Shown here in pieces: positions 49,680 to 59,577 of a stretch of DNA of 64,000 nucleotides. Source of the stretch: a bacterium (GTDB lineage Bacteria > UBA8248); assembly GCA_965261085.1 (NCBI GenBank), contig OZ253442.1, positions 352,001 to 416,000 on the forward strand. The letters run 5' to 3'. Each line of letters begins with the position of its first letter. The stretch's first letter is position 1. A program made the position numbers and the translations under genes. The notes below the pieces were generated by a model. That model searched no databases and had not been told where the DNA came from. It saw only the letters and a program-made list of their open reading frames with translations.

Positions 49680-50873
49680 ATGGATTTTTCTACGGGCAAG
49701 GATGAGGCCGGCATCCGGCAAGGCTGGCCGATCATCCTCGCGTGTTTTTTCACCATATTCACCGCCTACACCACAGCCTTCATCCTGGGGCCCATGCTCG
49801 AAGTCATGGGCCGCGACCTGGGCCTCTCCCTCACGGCCATGGGGCAGTTGGCGGCCATCACCTTCATCCCCTGGGGGGTGGGCGCGCCCCTGCTGGCGCC
49901 GTTTTCTGATCGCTACGGCCGAAAGCACGTCATCCTCGTCGGGGTCGTGGGCCTGTCGCTGTCCAGCATCGCCACATCGTTCGTGGATGGGTACCTCGCG
50001 GTGGCGGTCTTGCGCTGCATCGCGGGCTTAAGCGGCGCCCTGGTGCCACCCACGGCGGTGGCGGCTATCGGGGACAACTTCACGGGCCGAGCGCGCGGCC
50101 TGGCCATCGGGTTCGCAACGGCGGGCGTGGCCATGGGCCTGCTCGTCGGAATCCCGGGCGTGGCTTTTCTGACGGATCACCTGGGCTGGCGCAACGCTCT
50201 TTGGATTACGGGCCTCTTCGGCCTGACTCTTTCCCTGTACACGCTCCGCTCGCTGCCCAGCGGGAGGCGGACCGACGCGCCGTCTTCCTATCTGGCCAGC
50301 TTCGCGTGGATGCGCCAGGGCGCCACATGGCTCCTGATGAGCGGCAACGTCGTCGAGCGGCTCATGACCTCCACCTTTCTGATCTATGTCTCCGTTTTTC
50401 TGATGCGCACCTTCGATGTTTCTCTCTCCACCGCGGGGAGCCTGCTCACGGCGATGTCCGTGGGCGCGCTCATCGGCGGCCTCCTGGGTGGCACGCTCGC
50501 GGGCGTGCGGCGGCGCTTCCTCATCATCACCGCTTTGGTTCTACTCCAGGGAGAGCTTCTGGCGTTTCACTTCTCGGGGCTGGGTTTTCTGGGCTTCACG
50601 ATTGCGGCGGGCTTTCTCTTCTCGTTCTTCAGCCATCTCAGCAGGCCCGCCGTGATGGATGACCTCATATCGATCGCCCCGCAGGCGCGCGGCGCCATCA
50701 TCGGCTTCTATTCGACGAGCAACCAGGCCGGTCTCTTCCTGGGAGCCTCCCTGGGCGGGTTCGCCATACAGTGGGGCGGCTTCGAGGCGCTCGGCTGGCT
50801 CGTCCTGGGTGCGGCGATCCTGGGCGGGGGGTTCTACGGAGCGAGCGCGTGGGTGCTGAGACGAAAAGGCTAG
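49680..50873 (+). CDS. MFS transporter
   Basis: About 12 hydrophobic segments, SDRYGRK motif. Confidence 0.9.
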   Translation: MDFSTGKDEAGIRQGWPIILACFFTIFTAYTTAFILGPMLEVMGRDLGLSLTAMGQLAAITFIPWGVGAPLLAPFSDRYGRKHVILVGVVGLSLSSIATSFVDGYLAVAVLRCIAGLSGALVPPTAVAAIGDNFTGRARGLAIGFATAGVAMGLLVGIPGVAFLTDHLGWRNALWITGLFGLTLSLYTLRSLPSGRRTDAPSSYLASFAWMRQGATWLLMSGNVVERLMTSTFLIYVSVFLMRTFDVSLSTAGSLLTAMSVGALIGGLLGGTLAGVRRRFLIITALVLLQGELLAFHFSGLGFLGFTIAAGFLFSFFSHLSRPAVMDDLISIAPQARGAIIGFYSTSNQAGLFLGASLGGFAIQWGGFEALGWLVLGAAILGGGFYGASAWVLRRKG

Positions 50874-50907
50874 GCTTCCGACACTTGCAGCCCTTAGTCC
50901 TCCAATA

Positions 50908-51008
50908 TATACGATATTGCGTATATATCTCATTTATACTTTATTGGGTATAAAAATATATTATACCCATAAGCGTATATTGACATATTATACGATTTAG
51001 CGTATATT
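50908..51008 (+). promoter_or_regulatory. hipBA promoter with four operators TATAC-N8-GTATA at exact 27-bp period
   Basis: Operators start at 50908, 50935, 50962, 50989; TTGACA 50980-85, 17 nt, TATATT 51003-08. Confidence 0.85.
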
Positions 51009-51030
51009 ATCTTTCTAGGAGGAACAGACG

Positions 51031-51285
51031 ATGAATGAGCATATTACCCGATCGGAAAAGCAGTTGGGAGCCGCCCTGCGCCGAGTCCGCAAGCAGTGTG
51101 GTCTCACACAGGCTGAACTCGGCGAAAAAATCCATATGCGCCAAGCCACCATCTCCAAGCTTGAGGGCGGCTCGTCGGCAAGCCGACTCCACACCCTCAT
51201 GGCGTCTCTCGCCGCTCTGGATCTGGAACTGGTCGTGCGTCCGCGCAGCCGGAGCGCGAGCGATGAGATTGAGGTGCTGTTCTGA
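51031..51285 (+). CDS. hipB: HipB-type HTH antitoxin
   Basis: GLTQAELG..RQATISKLE; upstream of HipA. Confidence 0.9.
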   Translation: MNEHITRSEKQLGAALRRVRKQCGLTQAELGEKIHMRQATISKLEGGSSASRLHTLMASLAALDLELVVRPRSRSASDEIEVLF

Positions 51286-51323
51286 TAGCCAGACGACGCG
51301 CCTACATACCGCTGGTCGTCTAT

Positions 51324-52598
51324 ATGAACAGCCGCCTTGTCGGGCGGTTGCGCAAGGCGCCGAGCGGAGCCATCGATTTTCGCTACGATGATAGTTGGCT
51401 CGCCTGGGAGAACGGTTTTCCGGTTTCACGCTCCTTGCCGCTGCGTGAAGACCCCTATGTCGGGGAACCTGTCGTCGCGGTGTTCGACAATCTGCTCCCC
51501 GATAACCCCGACATCCGCCGCAGGCTGGCCGAGCGCTCGAGCGCGGCGGACTCCGATGTATTCGGCCTGCTCAGCGCCGTCGGCCGCGATTGCGTCGGCG
51601 CTATGCAGTTGCTCCCGGAAGGAGAAGAGCCCGGTCCGGCCGGTTTGGTTAACGGATATGTCTTGAGTGACGACGAAATTGCCAAGAGACTCGCCAATCT
51701 GGGCAACAATCCGCTCGGCGTCAGCGAAGAGTTCCGCATTTCACTCGCGGGCGCACAGGAAAAGACCGCCCTGCTCTACTGGAAAAACGAGTGGCGCATC
51801 CCGCACGGCACGACGGCGACGACCCATATTCTCAAACCGCAAATCGGACGGCTCGCCAACGGCGTCGACCTATCGCTTTCCGTCGAGAACGAGCATCTTT
51901 GCATGCGACTCATCTCCATGCTCGGCATGCTTGTGGCCAACACCCGCATGGAGACGTTTGGTGAGAAGAAAACGCTGGTAGTGGAGCGTTTCGACCGGCT
52001 CTGGACAAAAGACGGACGCCTCCTGCGCCTGCCGCAGGAAGACTGCTGCCAGGCGCTTTCGGTGCCCTCGGCCAAAAAATACGAGAGCGACGACGGACCG
52101 GGGCTTCCCGATCTGCTCGACCTGTTCATGAGCAGCGATAAACCAGAACATGATCGAAAGATGATCATGAAGGCAGCCATCGCCTTCTGGCTCCTCGCCG
52201 CTACCGACGGCCATGCCAAGAACTTCAGCCTGTTCCTTCATCCGCGAGGCGGGTTTTCGTTGACGCCGCTCTATGACGTGATGTCGGTTCAGCCGAACTT
52301 CGATGCGCACCAACTTCAGCAACGCGAAATGAAGATGGCCATGGCAATCGGCGAAAAACGCCATTACGTCGTAAATGAGATTATGCCGCGCCATTTTCTG
52401 CAAACGGCGGCGGCCAGTGACATGGGCCAAAGCGTCGTCCGGGAGATATTCGAAGAGCTACTCGAACGAGGAGAGGCGGCGATCTCGAACGTGGGGGATG
52501 ATCTGCCGCCCAATTTCCCCGAACCGCTTTTACAAAGCGTTACAGAAGGTTTTCGCGGACGCCTCCGTCGACTGGAGCGTTGGACATCAGCTTCATGA
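51324..52598 (+). CDS. hipA: HipA kinase toxin (ancestral start probably at 51285, now ATA)
   Basis: FDNLLPD, ISLAGAQEKT, VERFDR, DGHAKNFS, PLYD. Confidence 0.92.
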   Translation: MNSRLVGRLRKAPSGAIDFRYDDSWLAWENGFPVSRSLPLREDPYVGEPVVAVFDNLLPDNPDIRRRLAERSSAADSDVFGLLSAVGRDCVGAMQLLPEGEEPGPAGLVNGYVLSDDEIAKRLANLGNNPLGVSEEFRISLAGAQEKTALLYWKNEWRIPHGTTATTHILKPQIGRLANGVDLSLSVENEHLCMRLISMLGMLVANTRMETFGEKKTLVVERFDRLWTKDGRLLRLPQEDCCQALSVPSAKKYESDDGPGLPDLLDLFMSSDKPEHDRKMIMKAAIAFWLLAATDGHAKNFSLFLHPRGGFSLTPLYDVMSVQPNFDAHQLQQREMKMAMAIGEKRHYVVNEIMPRHFLQTAAASDMGQSVVREIFEELLERGEAAISNVGDDLPPNFPEPLLQSVTEGFRGRLRRLERWTSAS

Positions 52599-52644
52599 CG
52601 AAGCGCGAGCGCTGTACTCCTCACCCGAAATAGCGGACCACGCC

Positions 52645-54309
52645 CTACTTCTTCACCGCGTCCTTACGTCTCGGCTCGGGGAAGACGTCCTGATCGATAA
52701 TCACGTCGACGACGGCGGGGCCTTCTTCTTTGAGCGCCTGCGCGTAGACGTCCTCCAACTCTTCGGGGTCCTCCACCCGGTAGCCCGCTGCGCCGAAGAC
52801 GCGCGCGTACTCGTCGAACCTCGGGTTGCCGATGACGTCGGCGATGTAGCGCCCATCGTAGAAATGCTTCTGGTAGGCGCGCTCCGAACCCAGGTTGAAA
52901 TTGTTCAGGATGACGCAGACGGTCGGCAGGTTCTCGCGAATCGCAGTCTCGAGTTCCGCCCCGTTGCACAGGAACGCGCCGTCGCCGCTGATGGTGACGA
53001 CCTTCTGGTGCGGACGCGCCAGCTTGGCCCCCAGTCCCAGGGGATAGCCGATGCCGATGGCCGCCAGATCCTGGGGCGCCACGAAACTCCTGGCGCCGCC
53101 AAATCTCTGGTATTCATACACATAGCTCGCCGCGCTGCCCGCGTCGTTCGTGATGATGGTGTTCTCGGGCAGAACTCTTGCGAGGGCCATCTGCGCGCGC
53201 CTGGGATCAATTGGCTTTCCGCCGTACTCGAGCGCCCGCTCTCGGTGTTTTTCCTGCGCGGCGCGCACCGCCGCCGCCTCCGCGCGCCATGCGGGGCGTT
53301 TACCCCCTTCGCCCAACACACCGAGTACGGATCGTAACGCAAGGCCCGCCTCCGCGTTCATCCCCACCTCAGTGGCGAAGTTCCTGCCGATATTATGCGG
53401 GTCCATGGCGGCGTGAATGAGTTTGGCGCCCCCGAAGAAACCGGGCCGTAAAAACGTGGTCGAATGCGCGAGCCTGGTGCCGACGGCGAATACGACGTCC
53501 GCCGTCTCGAAAAGCTCCTGCGCCTCGGGCAGCGTGCCCCGGCCGATTGAGCCCAGGAACAGGGGATGCCCGTTCGGGGCCACGTCGTCCCTCCCCGTGG
53601 AGGTCATGATGGGCGCGTCGAGCGCTTCGGCGAGTGCGACGAGTTCATCGCTCGCCTCATCCCAGAGCACCCCGCCGCCGCCGATGAGCAGGGGCCGCTC
53701 GGCGGATTTCAGGAGCGCTACCGCCCGCGCGACAGCATCGGGGTCGGGTGCGAGCCGCGCACGCACCGGATGCGGCGGAGCGCCGTTATCGGAATAATCC
53801 GCCCTCTCGTTCAATACGTCACGCGGCAAGTCGATGTGTACGGGGCCGGGTACGCCTGACATCGCAACGTGATAGGCCTCGCGAATCACGTCGGCCGCGC
53901 GTTCTGGTTTTCTCACCTGAACCGACCATTTCACCATCGGGGCGAACATGGCGATCTGGTCGAGTTCCTGGGTGGATTCGCGAAAGGTGTCCTTCATCAT
54001 GGGAGCGCCGGTGATGACCAGCACCGGGCTTTGCGCCATCATCGAATGCGCCACGCCGGTGACGAGGTTCGTGGCCCCGGGGCCGTTCGTCGCCATGCAC
54101 ACGCCCACCTCTCCCGTGAGGCGCGCGAAGGCGTCCGCCATCAGGGCGGCGCTTTGCTCGTGACGCACCGTGAGGAAAGAAATGTCATCGCGGCCATACA
54201 TGCCGTCCAGTATCTCGATCATGCACGAACCCGCCATGCCGATTACGTGCTTCACCCCCAGTTTCGCCAGCGCATCCGCCACCGCGTGTCCAGCCGTCAT
54301 GGTCGCCAT
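52645..54309 (-). CDS. Thiamine-pyrophosphate enzyme (acetolactate synthase/Xsc-like family)
   Basis: VRHEQSA, NGPGATN, GPVHIDLP, GDG..NN. Confidence 0.88.
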   Translation of the reverse strand: MATMTAGHAVADALAKLGVKHVIGMAGSCMIEILDGMYGRDDISFLTVRHEQSAALMADAFARLTGEVGVCMATNGPGATNLVTGVAHSMMAQSPVLVITGAPMMKDTFRESTQELDQIAMFAPMVKWSVQVRKPERAADVIREAYHVAMSGVPGPVHIDLPRDVLNERADYSDNGAPPHPVRARLAPDPDAVARAVALLKSAERPLLIGGGGVLWDEASDELVALAEALDAPIMTSTGRDDVAPNGHPLFLGSIGRGTLPEAQELFETADVVFAVGTRLAHSTTFLRPGFFGGAKLIHAAMDPHNIGRNFATEVGMNAEAGLALRSVLGVLGEGGKRPAWRAEAAAVRAAQEKHRERALEYGGKPIDPRRAQMALARVLPENTIITNDAGSAASYVYEYQRFGGARSFVAPQDLAAIGIGYPLGLGAKLARPHQKVVTISGDGAFLCNGAELETAIRENLPTVCVILNNFNLGSERAYQKHFYDGRYIADVIGNPRFDEYARVFGAAGYRVEDPEELEDVYAQALKEEGPAVVDVIIDQDVFPEPRRKDAVKK

Positions 54310-54432
54310 CAATCCGTTCTCCTTAAAAAACGCCGAAGCGAGCGCGAGCCTTTGCGCTCCGTTTCTCTCCAATAATTTTTCTGTCCGTTGAGATTAGGCC
54401 CCGTGCGCGCGATTCGTCAAAGGCCTCAGGCG

Positions 54433-55161
54433 TTAGCCCACGTTTCCTTTCGCGTGTATGGCGTTGGCGATGAGGTTCACCGCATGGTCCGCATTCGCCT
54501 CGGGTCCGGCCGTCTCGGCGAAGCGGTAAAAACTCTTGGCCAGCCTCAAAGAATCACCGCCCAGGGCGGCCAAATCCGCGCAGAGACGCTCGGCTTCCGC
54601 ATCCAGCTCCGAGTCTGCGACCACGTGATTCACCATGCCGATGCGCCTGCCCTCTTCGGCGTCGATCTCACGGCCCGTGATGACCATCTCGAAACCGTGA
54701 CGCCGGTCCAGCTTTCTCGCCAGATGGCTGATGACCACCGTGGGCGGAAAGCCCTCCCTGATCTCGGGAAAGGCGATTCGCGCGGCACCAGAAGCCAGCA
54801 CGATGTCCGCACGGCTGATAAGGCCCGCCCCCGGCCCGTAGGCGCGGCCTCTTAAGGCCGCCACCGTTACGGCGGGAGAAAACTCCAGGGCGTCGTTCAT
54901 CCTCACGATTGCCCGGAAGCGCTCTCTTATTACGTTCACGGGCGGTAGTTGCGCGCCTCCGCGCACGCTCTCTCTCCCTGCGCAAAAATCCTCGCCCTCT
55001 CCGCTCAGCAGAACGACGTCGCATTCCTCGCCCGCCTGAAGGAGGGCTTCGGTGAGTTCTCCCATCATCTCGAACGTCAGGCGATTCGCGTGAGACCCAC
55101 GCGCGAGCGTGACGCGGCCAAGGGCGTTTTCCTTTTCATAGCGAACAAACTCCATTTTCAT
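54433..55161 (-). CDS. Enoyl-CoA hydratase/isomerase family protein
   Basis: FCAG, FPEI..G, IDAEEG..IGMVN. Confidence 0.85.
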   Translation of the reverse strand: MKMEFVRYEKENALGRVTLARGSHANRLTFEMMGELTEALLQAGEECDVVLLSGEGEDFCAGRESVRGGAQLPPVNVIRERFRAIVRMNDALEFSPAVTVAALRGRAYGPGAGLISRADIVLASGAARIAFPEIREGFPPTVVISHLARKLDRRHGFEMVITGREIDAEEGRRIGMVNHVVADSELDAEAERLCADLAALGGDSLRLAKSFYRFAETAGPEANADHAVNLIANAIHAKGNVG

Positions 55162-55293
55162 CCCCCTGTAAGCAGAAGCCGGACCTCCCAAAATAACCAG
55201 GCGTCACCGGCAATATATCTTTGATCCCGAAATTTTCGGGATTATCGCCCGAAAACTTCCGAAAAGTAAAAACGAAAAAAGACTTGCAAAATT

Positions 55294-55308
55294 GTTCGTA
55301 ATTTGTTT
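55294..55308. promoter_or_regulatory. Putative LexA box GTTC-N7-GTTT upstream of rlmD-lexA-dinB
   Basis: GTTCGTAATTTGTTT in the AT-rich promoter region. Confidence 0.55.
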
Positions 55309-55355
55309 GTATAAAAAATGTATTATTTTCGTAGAGTATATCCTAAGAGGGCCCG

Positions 55356-56735
55356 ATGGCTGTGACTACCCTTCCGCTCCGTCAAAACGAGACCGTCTAC
55401 GAAGCGCAGGTGGAGAGCATCGCCACCGGCGGGGCGGGCGTCGCGCGTCTTGACGGCCGCGCCGTCTTCATTCCCAAAACGGCCCCCGGAGACACCATCC
55501 GCTTCCGAATCGTAAAGGACAAGGGGAAGTATCTGCTCGGCGAGCTCACGAAAATCATCCAGGCGGGTCCGGCGCGAACCCCGCCCCCCTGCGCCCACTG
55601 GAGCGACTGCGGGGGATGCGCCCTGCAACACATCGAGCCCCCGGCCCAGATGGAGGCCAAGAAACGAATTTTCCTCGACACCCTCACCCGCATCGGAAAG
55701 ATCGAGCTGGGCGTTCCCGTACAAACCATTACGCTTCCTGAAAATGCGAACCGCTACCGCATGCGCGCGCGATTTCAGATACGAGGTTCCGGGATCGGCT
55801 TTTTCGCCCCGGGCGCACGGCGTCTGGCCGGAATCGAAGACTGTCTCCTGGTGGAGCCCTCCATCGCGAACGCCCTCCACCAGATCAGGCACTTGCTCCA
55901 GGCGGAGCCGAAAACGAGGAAAGTGGAAGCCGTGGAAATGACTTCTTTAGGATCAGAGGATGAGGCGTCCGTAGGCCTTTATCTCCATCCGGTGGGGCAT
56001 CGGGATCACAAAAACCGGAAAATCAATCGCCAGGCGTTCGACGCATGGGAAAAATTCGCCGGGGAAAACCGTTTTCCGCTGGCCGCAGCCGGTGGACGCG
56101 AACCCGGGGAGCCCCCCCGGTGGCAGGCGCGATATCGACCCGATATGGAGCATCCGGATTTGCCCTTATCCGTATCGCCCGAATCCTTCATTCAGCCCAA
56201 CCGGGCGCTCAATCAAATTCTCGTGAAGAACGTGATCGAAGAATCAGGGTTGAACGGCGAAGCCTGCGTTCTGGACCTCTATAGCGGAGCAGGGAATTTC
56301 TCCTTTCCCCTGGCGATGAGGGCCAAACACGTTCTGGGGATCGAGGAAAACCCCTACGCCGTCGCCGACGCCAACATGAACCGGGAGAAAATCGGGGTCG
56401 GCAACGTGGATTTTCTTTGCCGGACCGCCCAAAAGCTCACGAAAGACGAAATCGTCTCGAAACTCGGCGGCGAGACGCCCGACGTCGTCGTGCTCGACCC
56501 GCCCAGAAAAGGCGCGCTCGACGCCATGCCCCTGATATTAGGGCTCGCGCCCAGCCGGGTCGCCTACGTCTCCTGCAACCCGGCCACCTTCGCCCGCGAC
56601 GCCCGCGAACTCGCATTGAGCGGCTATCGCGCGCGGGCCGCTTATGTGTTCGACATGTTCCCCCATACCGCCCATCTGGAAATACTCACTTCGTGGACCC
56701 GGAAGAACACTTCCGGTCCGACCCAACGATCCTGA
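55356..56735 (+). CDS. rlmD: 23S rRNA m5U methyltransferase (RlmD/RumA family)
   Basis: TRAM domain, C..CGGC, DLYSGAG, LDPPRKG, YVSCNP, DMFPHT.H.E. Confidence 0.85.
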   Translation: MAVTTLPLRQNETVYEAQVESIATGGAGVARLDGRAVFIPKTAPGDTIRFRIVKDKGKYLLGELTKIIQAGPARTPPPCAHWSDCGGCALQHIEPPAQMEAKKRIFLDTLTRIGKIELGVPVQTITLPENANRYRMRARFQIRGSGIGFFAPGARRLAGIEDCLLVEPSIANALHQIRHLLQAEPKTRKVEAVEMTSLGSEDEASVGLYLHPVGHRDHKNRKINRQAFDAWEKFAGENRFPLAAAGGREPGEPPRWQARYRPDMEHPDLPLSVSPESFIQPNRALNQILVKNVIEESGLNGEACVLDLYSGAGNFSFPLAMRAKHVLGIEENPYAVADANMNREKIGVGNVDFLCRTAQKLTKDEIVSKLGGETPDVVVLDPPRKGALDAMPLILGLAPSRVAYVSCNPATFARDARELALSGYRARAAYVFDMFPHTAHLEILTSWTRKNTSGPTQRS

Positions 56736-56750
56736 AAAGGGAGGTCTCTC

Positions 56751-57368
56751 ATGTTCCTCACGCGAAGACAACGAGAAATTTACGAGCACATCAAGGAGTT
56801 CATCGGGGCGAACGGCTACGCGCCCTCCATCGTGGAGATCGGGAAACACTTTCACCTCACCTCGCCCGCCACGGTGCACAAGCACCTGCAGAACATCGCG
56901 GGAAAAGGCCTCATCAAGAGAAGCTGGAACAGGAGCCGGGCCATCGAACTCGTCCCGGGTTCCGACACCATCGCCGCGAGCGCCGAGCCGGCGCGGATGG
57001 AGCTTCCCCTGCGCGGCATGATCGCGGCGGGCATGCCGCTCGAAGCGGTAGAGGACACCGAGACCATCCCCCTTCCCTGGTCGTCGGGAGACGGCAACCT
57101 CTTTGTCCTCAAAGTGAAGGGCGATTCGATGATAGAGGATCATATTCAGGACGGGGACTACGTGATCGTGGAGAGCCGAAACAATGCGCTCAACGGGGAG
57201 ACCGTGGTGGCGCTCGTGAACGGAGAGTCCGCTACGCTCAAGCGGTTCTACAGAGAGGGCGCGCAAATCAGGCTCCAGCCCGCGAACGAGGCGATGGCGC
57301 CCATCATGGTGAACGAAGAAGACTTGGCCGTTCAGGGCGTCGTCGTGGGCGTGCTCAGAAAGTATTGA
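56751..57368 (+). CDS. lexA: LexA repressor
   Basis: LTRRQ..PSIVEI..SPATVHKHL, AAG cleavage site, GDSM, TLKR. Confidence 0.95.
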   Translation: MFLTRRQREIYEHIKEFIGANGYAPSIVEIGKHFHLTSPATVHKHLQNIAGKGLIKRSWNRSRAIELVPGSDTIAASAEPARMELPLRGMIAAGMPLEAVEDTETIPLPWSSGDGNLFVLKVKGDSMIEDHIQDGDYVIVESRNNALNGETVVALVNGESATLKRFYREGAQIRLQPANEAMAPIMVNEEDLAVQGVVVGVLRKY

Positions 57369-57393
57369 CGCCGCCGCGTCTCCTGAGAGAGGG

Positions 57394-58623
57394 ATGGGCA
57401 TGCCGCAGCGCCCAGAAGAGATATCGCCGGAGCCGCCGCTCGAGGTAAGGCTCATCGCGCACGTGGACATGGACGCTTTTTTCGTGTCCGTGGAGCGCAT
57501 GGGCCGGCCCGACCTCGAGGAGAAGCCCGTCATCGTCGGCGGCAGCGTGGGGCGTCGCGGCGTGGTCTCCGCCGCTTCTTATGAGGCGAGAACCTTTGGC
57601 GTCCACTCGGCCATGCCCATGGCCCGCGCCCGCTCGCTGTGCCCCCACGCCGTCTACATCGAGGCGAACCACAAGAAATACGGAGAAGCCTCCAAACGGG
57701 TGATGAAGATATTAGGCGACTTCACGCCCGCGGTGCAGGCAGTCTCCGTGGATGAGGCGTATCTCGATTTGAGCGGCACCGAACGCTTACACGGCCCCCC
57801 GCTTCAGACGGCGGCGAGAATCAGAGAAACCGTTTTGCGCGAGACGAACTGCTCGGCCTCCATCGGGCTGGCGTCGAGCCGCCTGGTGTCGAAAATAGCG
57901 TCCGCGCTTTCGAAACCCGCCGGCATCCTGCGCGTCTACCCGGGCGGAGAGGCGGCCTTTCTGCGTCCCTTGAAGGTGAGCAAAATCCCGGGCGTCGGCA
58001 AGGTGATGGTCGAGAAACTGAATCGCCTGGGCATCTGGAGCATCGGCGACCTTAGCCATCAGTCGCTGCCTTTTTTAGAGGCGCAGTTCAAGAATCTGGG
58101 CCCCGAGCTCTACCGCAAGGCGAGAGGGCTGGATGATTCCGAACTCGTGCTCGAAAGCCGGCCCAAGAGCATCGGCAAGGAAACCACCTTCGCAGAGGAC
58201 ACCTCAGAGCGCGCTGAGCTTGAAGCCATTCTCACGGGATTGGCCGAAGAAGCGAGCGCGCGCGTGCGCCGCCGGGGCCTGTGCGCGAGGCATATCACCC
58301 TCAAAATCCGGTTTTCCGATTTCACGACGCTCACGCGCTCGTTCACGCTCGAAAAACCCACCCATCTGGATAAGGAAATCATCGAACCGGCACTCAAACT
58401 CCTCCGGCGCACATGCCGGAAAGAGGGCAGGAACCGGAAATTCCGCTTGCTGGGGGTCTACCTATCAGGACTCGATGAGGCGCGCGCGCAGCCGCTGCTG
58501 ATCGAGGATCAAGACCGCGAGAAGGAAGAGCGCCTCGTGGAGAGCCTTGATGAGATTCGCGAGCGCTTCGGCCACGAGGCCGTCTTCGCGCGCAAGAGCG
58601 TGGAGCGAATCAAGAAACCCTAG
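57394..58623 (+). CDS. dinB: DNA polymerase IV
   Basis: HVDMDAFFVSVE, SYEAR, SVDEAYLD, SKPAG. Confidence 0.95.
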   Translation: MGMPQRPEEISPEPPLEVRLIAHVDMDAFFVSVERMGRPDLEEKPVIVGGSVGRRGVVSAASYEARTFGVHSAMPMARARSLCPHAVYIEANHKKYGEASKRVMKILGDFTPAVQAVSVDEAYLDLSGTERLHGPPLQTAARIRETVLRETNCSASIGLASSRLVSKIASALSKPAGILRVYPGGEAAFLRPLKVSKIPGVGKVMVEKLNRLGIWSIGDLSHQSLPFLEAQFKNLGPELYRKARGLDDSELVLESRPKSIGKETTFAEDTSERAELEAILTGLAEEASARVRRRGLCARHITLKIRFSDFTTLTRSFTLEKPTHLDKEIIEPALKLLRRTCRKEGRNRKFRLLGVYLSGLDEARAQPLLIEDQDREKEERLVESLDEIRERFGHEAVFARKSVERIKKP

Positions 58624-59534
58624 AGGCGGCTCAGGACCAGAATCGTCCCCACCACCGTCATCGCCGCGCCCAGCACGAGCCTGCCCGTGATGTTCTCGCT
58701 CTCCCGCAGGAACAGGTGAGAAACCATGATCACCAGAAGCGGCTGGATCGACGTGATGGAGGTGACGCCCACCGCGTAGGTGCGCGCCATGGCGTTGCTG
58801 AACGAGGGCACCGCTATCGTCTGGAAGACGGCGGCGATGAGCATCCACTTCCAGCTCGCCCGGGGGATTCTTCCTTCCGTCTCCTTGTGCGCGAAGCCGA
58901 CCGCCACCACCCAGGCGAAGACGAGTCCTATCCATATCAGTATCGCCGATGCGGCCAGCGGGTTCATGTCGAGCGTGATGCTTCTCACCATGACGCCCGA
59001 CACGCTCCAGTTCAGCGTGGTCAGGCCCGCCGAGATGTAGCCCTTGACGATGTCTTTTTGCGTGAGGCCCGCTTCGGGGTTCGCCTGCGCCGGTTCGGAG
59101 CGCACCACTATGGTGAGCCCCAGGATCAGGAACAAGAGCCCCAGGATGATGGGAAGCGTGAACGGCTCGCCCAGGAATATGGAGGCCAATATCGCGGTGA
59201 CGGCGGGCGTGCTCGCCGCGATGGGAATCGTGCGGCTCGGCCCGATGCGCCTGATGGCGTAATAGTAGGTGAGCCTCGAGATGGTGATCATGAAAAAGGC
59301 GGTGATCGGCAGCAGTATCCACGTTCTCGTCGACCCGGGCTGAAAGGCCGAGGCCGGCAGGGTGAAGAAGATCAGCACGGCGACGAACACGCCGTTCAGC
59401 GTCGAAATGGCGGCGGTCGTCCTTAGGAGCGGCGCGTTCTTCATCGCCAGGCGCACGCAAAAAGACAGGCTCGTCCAGCTCAGGAGCGCCGAGGCGGCGA
59501 ACAGCAGGCCCACGGCATGGGTGGATAGATTCAT
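58620..59534 (-). CDS. DMT/EamA transporter
   Basis: Two EamA-like repeats, FLGE / FLRE motifs. Confidence 0.88.
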   Translation of the reverse strand: MNLSTHAVGLLFAASALLSWTSLSFCVRLAMKNAPLLRTTAAISTLNGVFVAVLIFFTLPASAFQPGSTRTWILLPITAFFMITISRLTYYYAIRRIGPSRTIPIAASTPAVTAILASIFLGEPFTLPIILGLLFLILGLTIVVRSEPAQANPEAGLTQKDIVKGYISAGLTTLNWSVSGVMVRSITLDMNPLAASAILIWIGLVFAWVVAVGFAHKETEGRIPRASWKWMLIAAVFQTIAVPSFSNAMARTYAVGVTSITSIQPLLVIMVSHLFLRESENITGRLVLGAAMTVVGTILVLSRL

Positions 59535-59577
59535 AACCGCTTTCTAGGAGTTCGTAAATTTTTGCCGGACAGCCCCG

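Noticed and set aside
50908-51006. Periodic 27-bp repeats as a possible mini-CRISPR
   Set aside because: Units are short palindromes with 8-9 nt variable parts lying over a promoter, and no cas genes are present; they fit HipB operators
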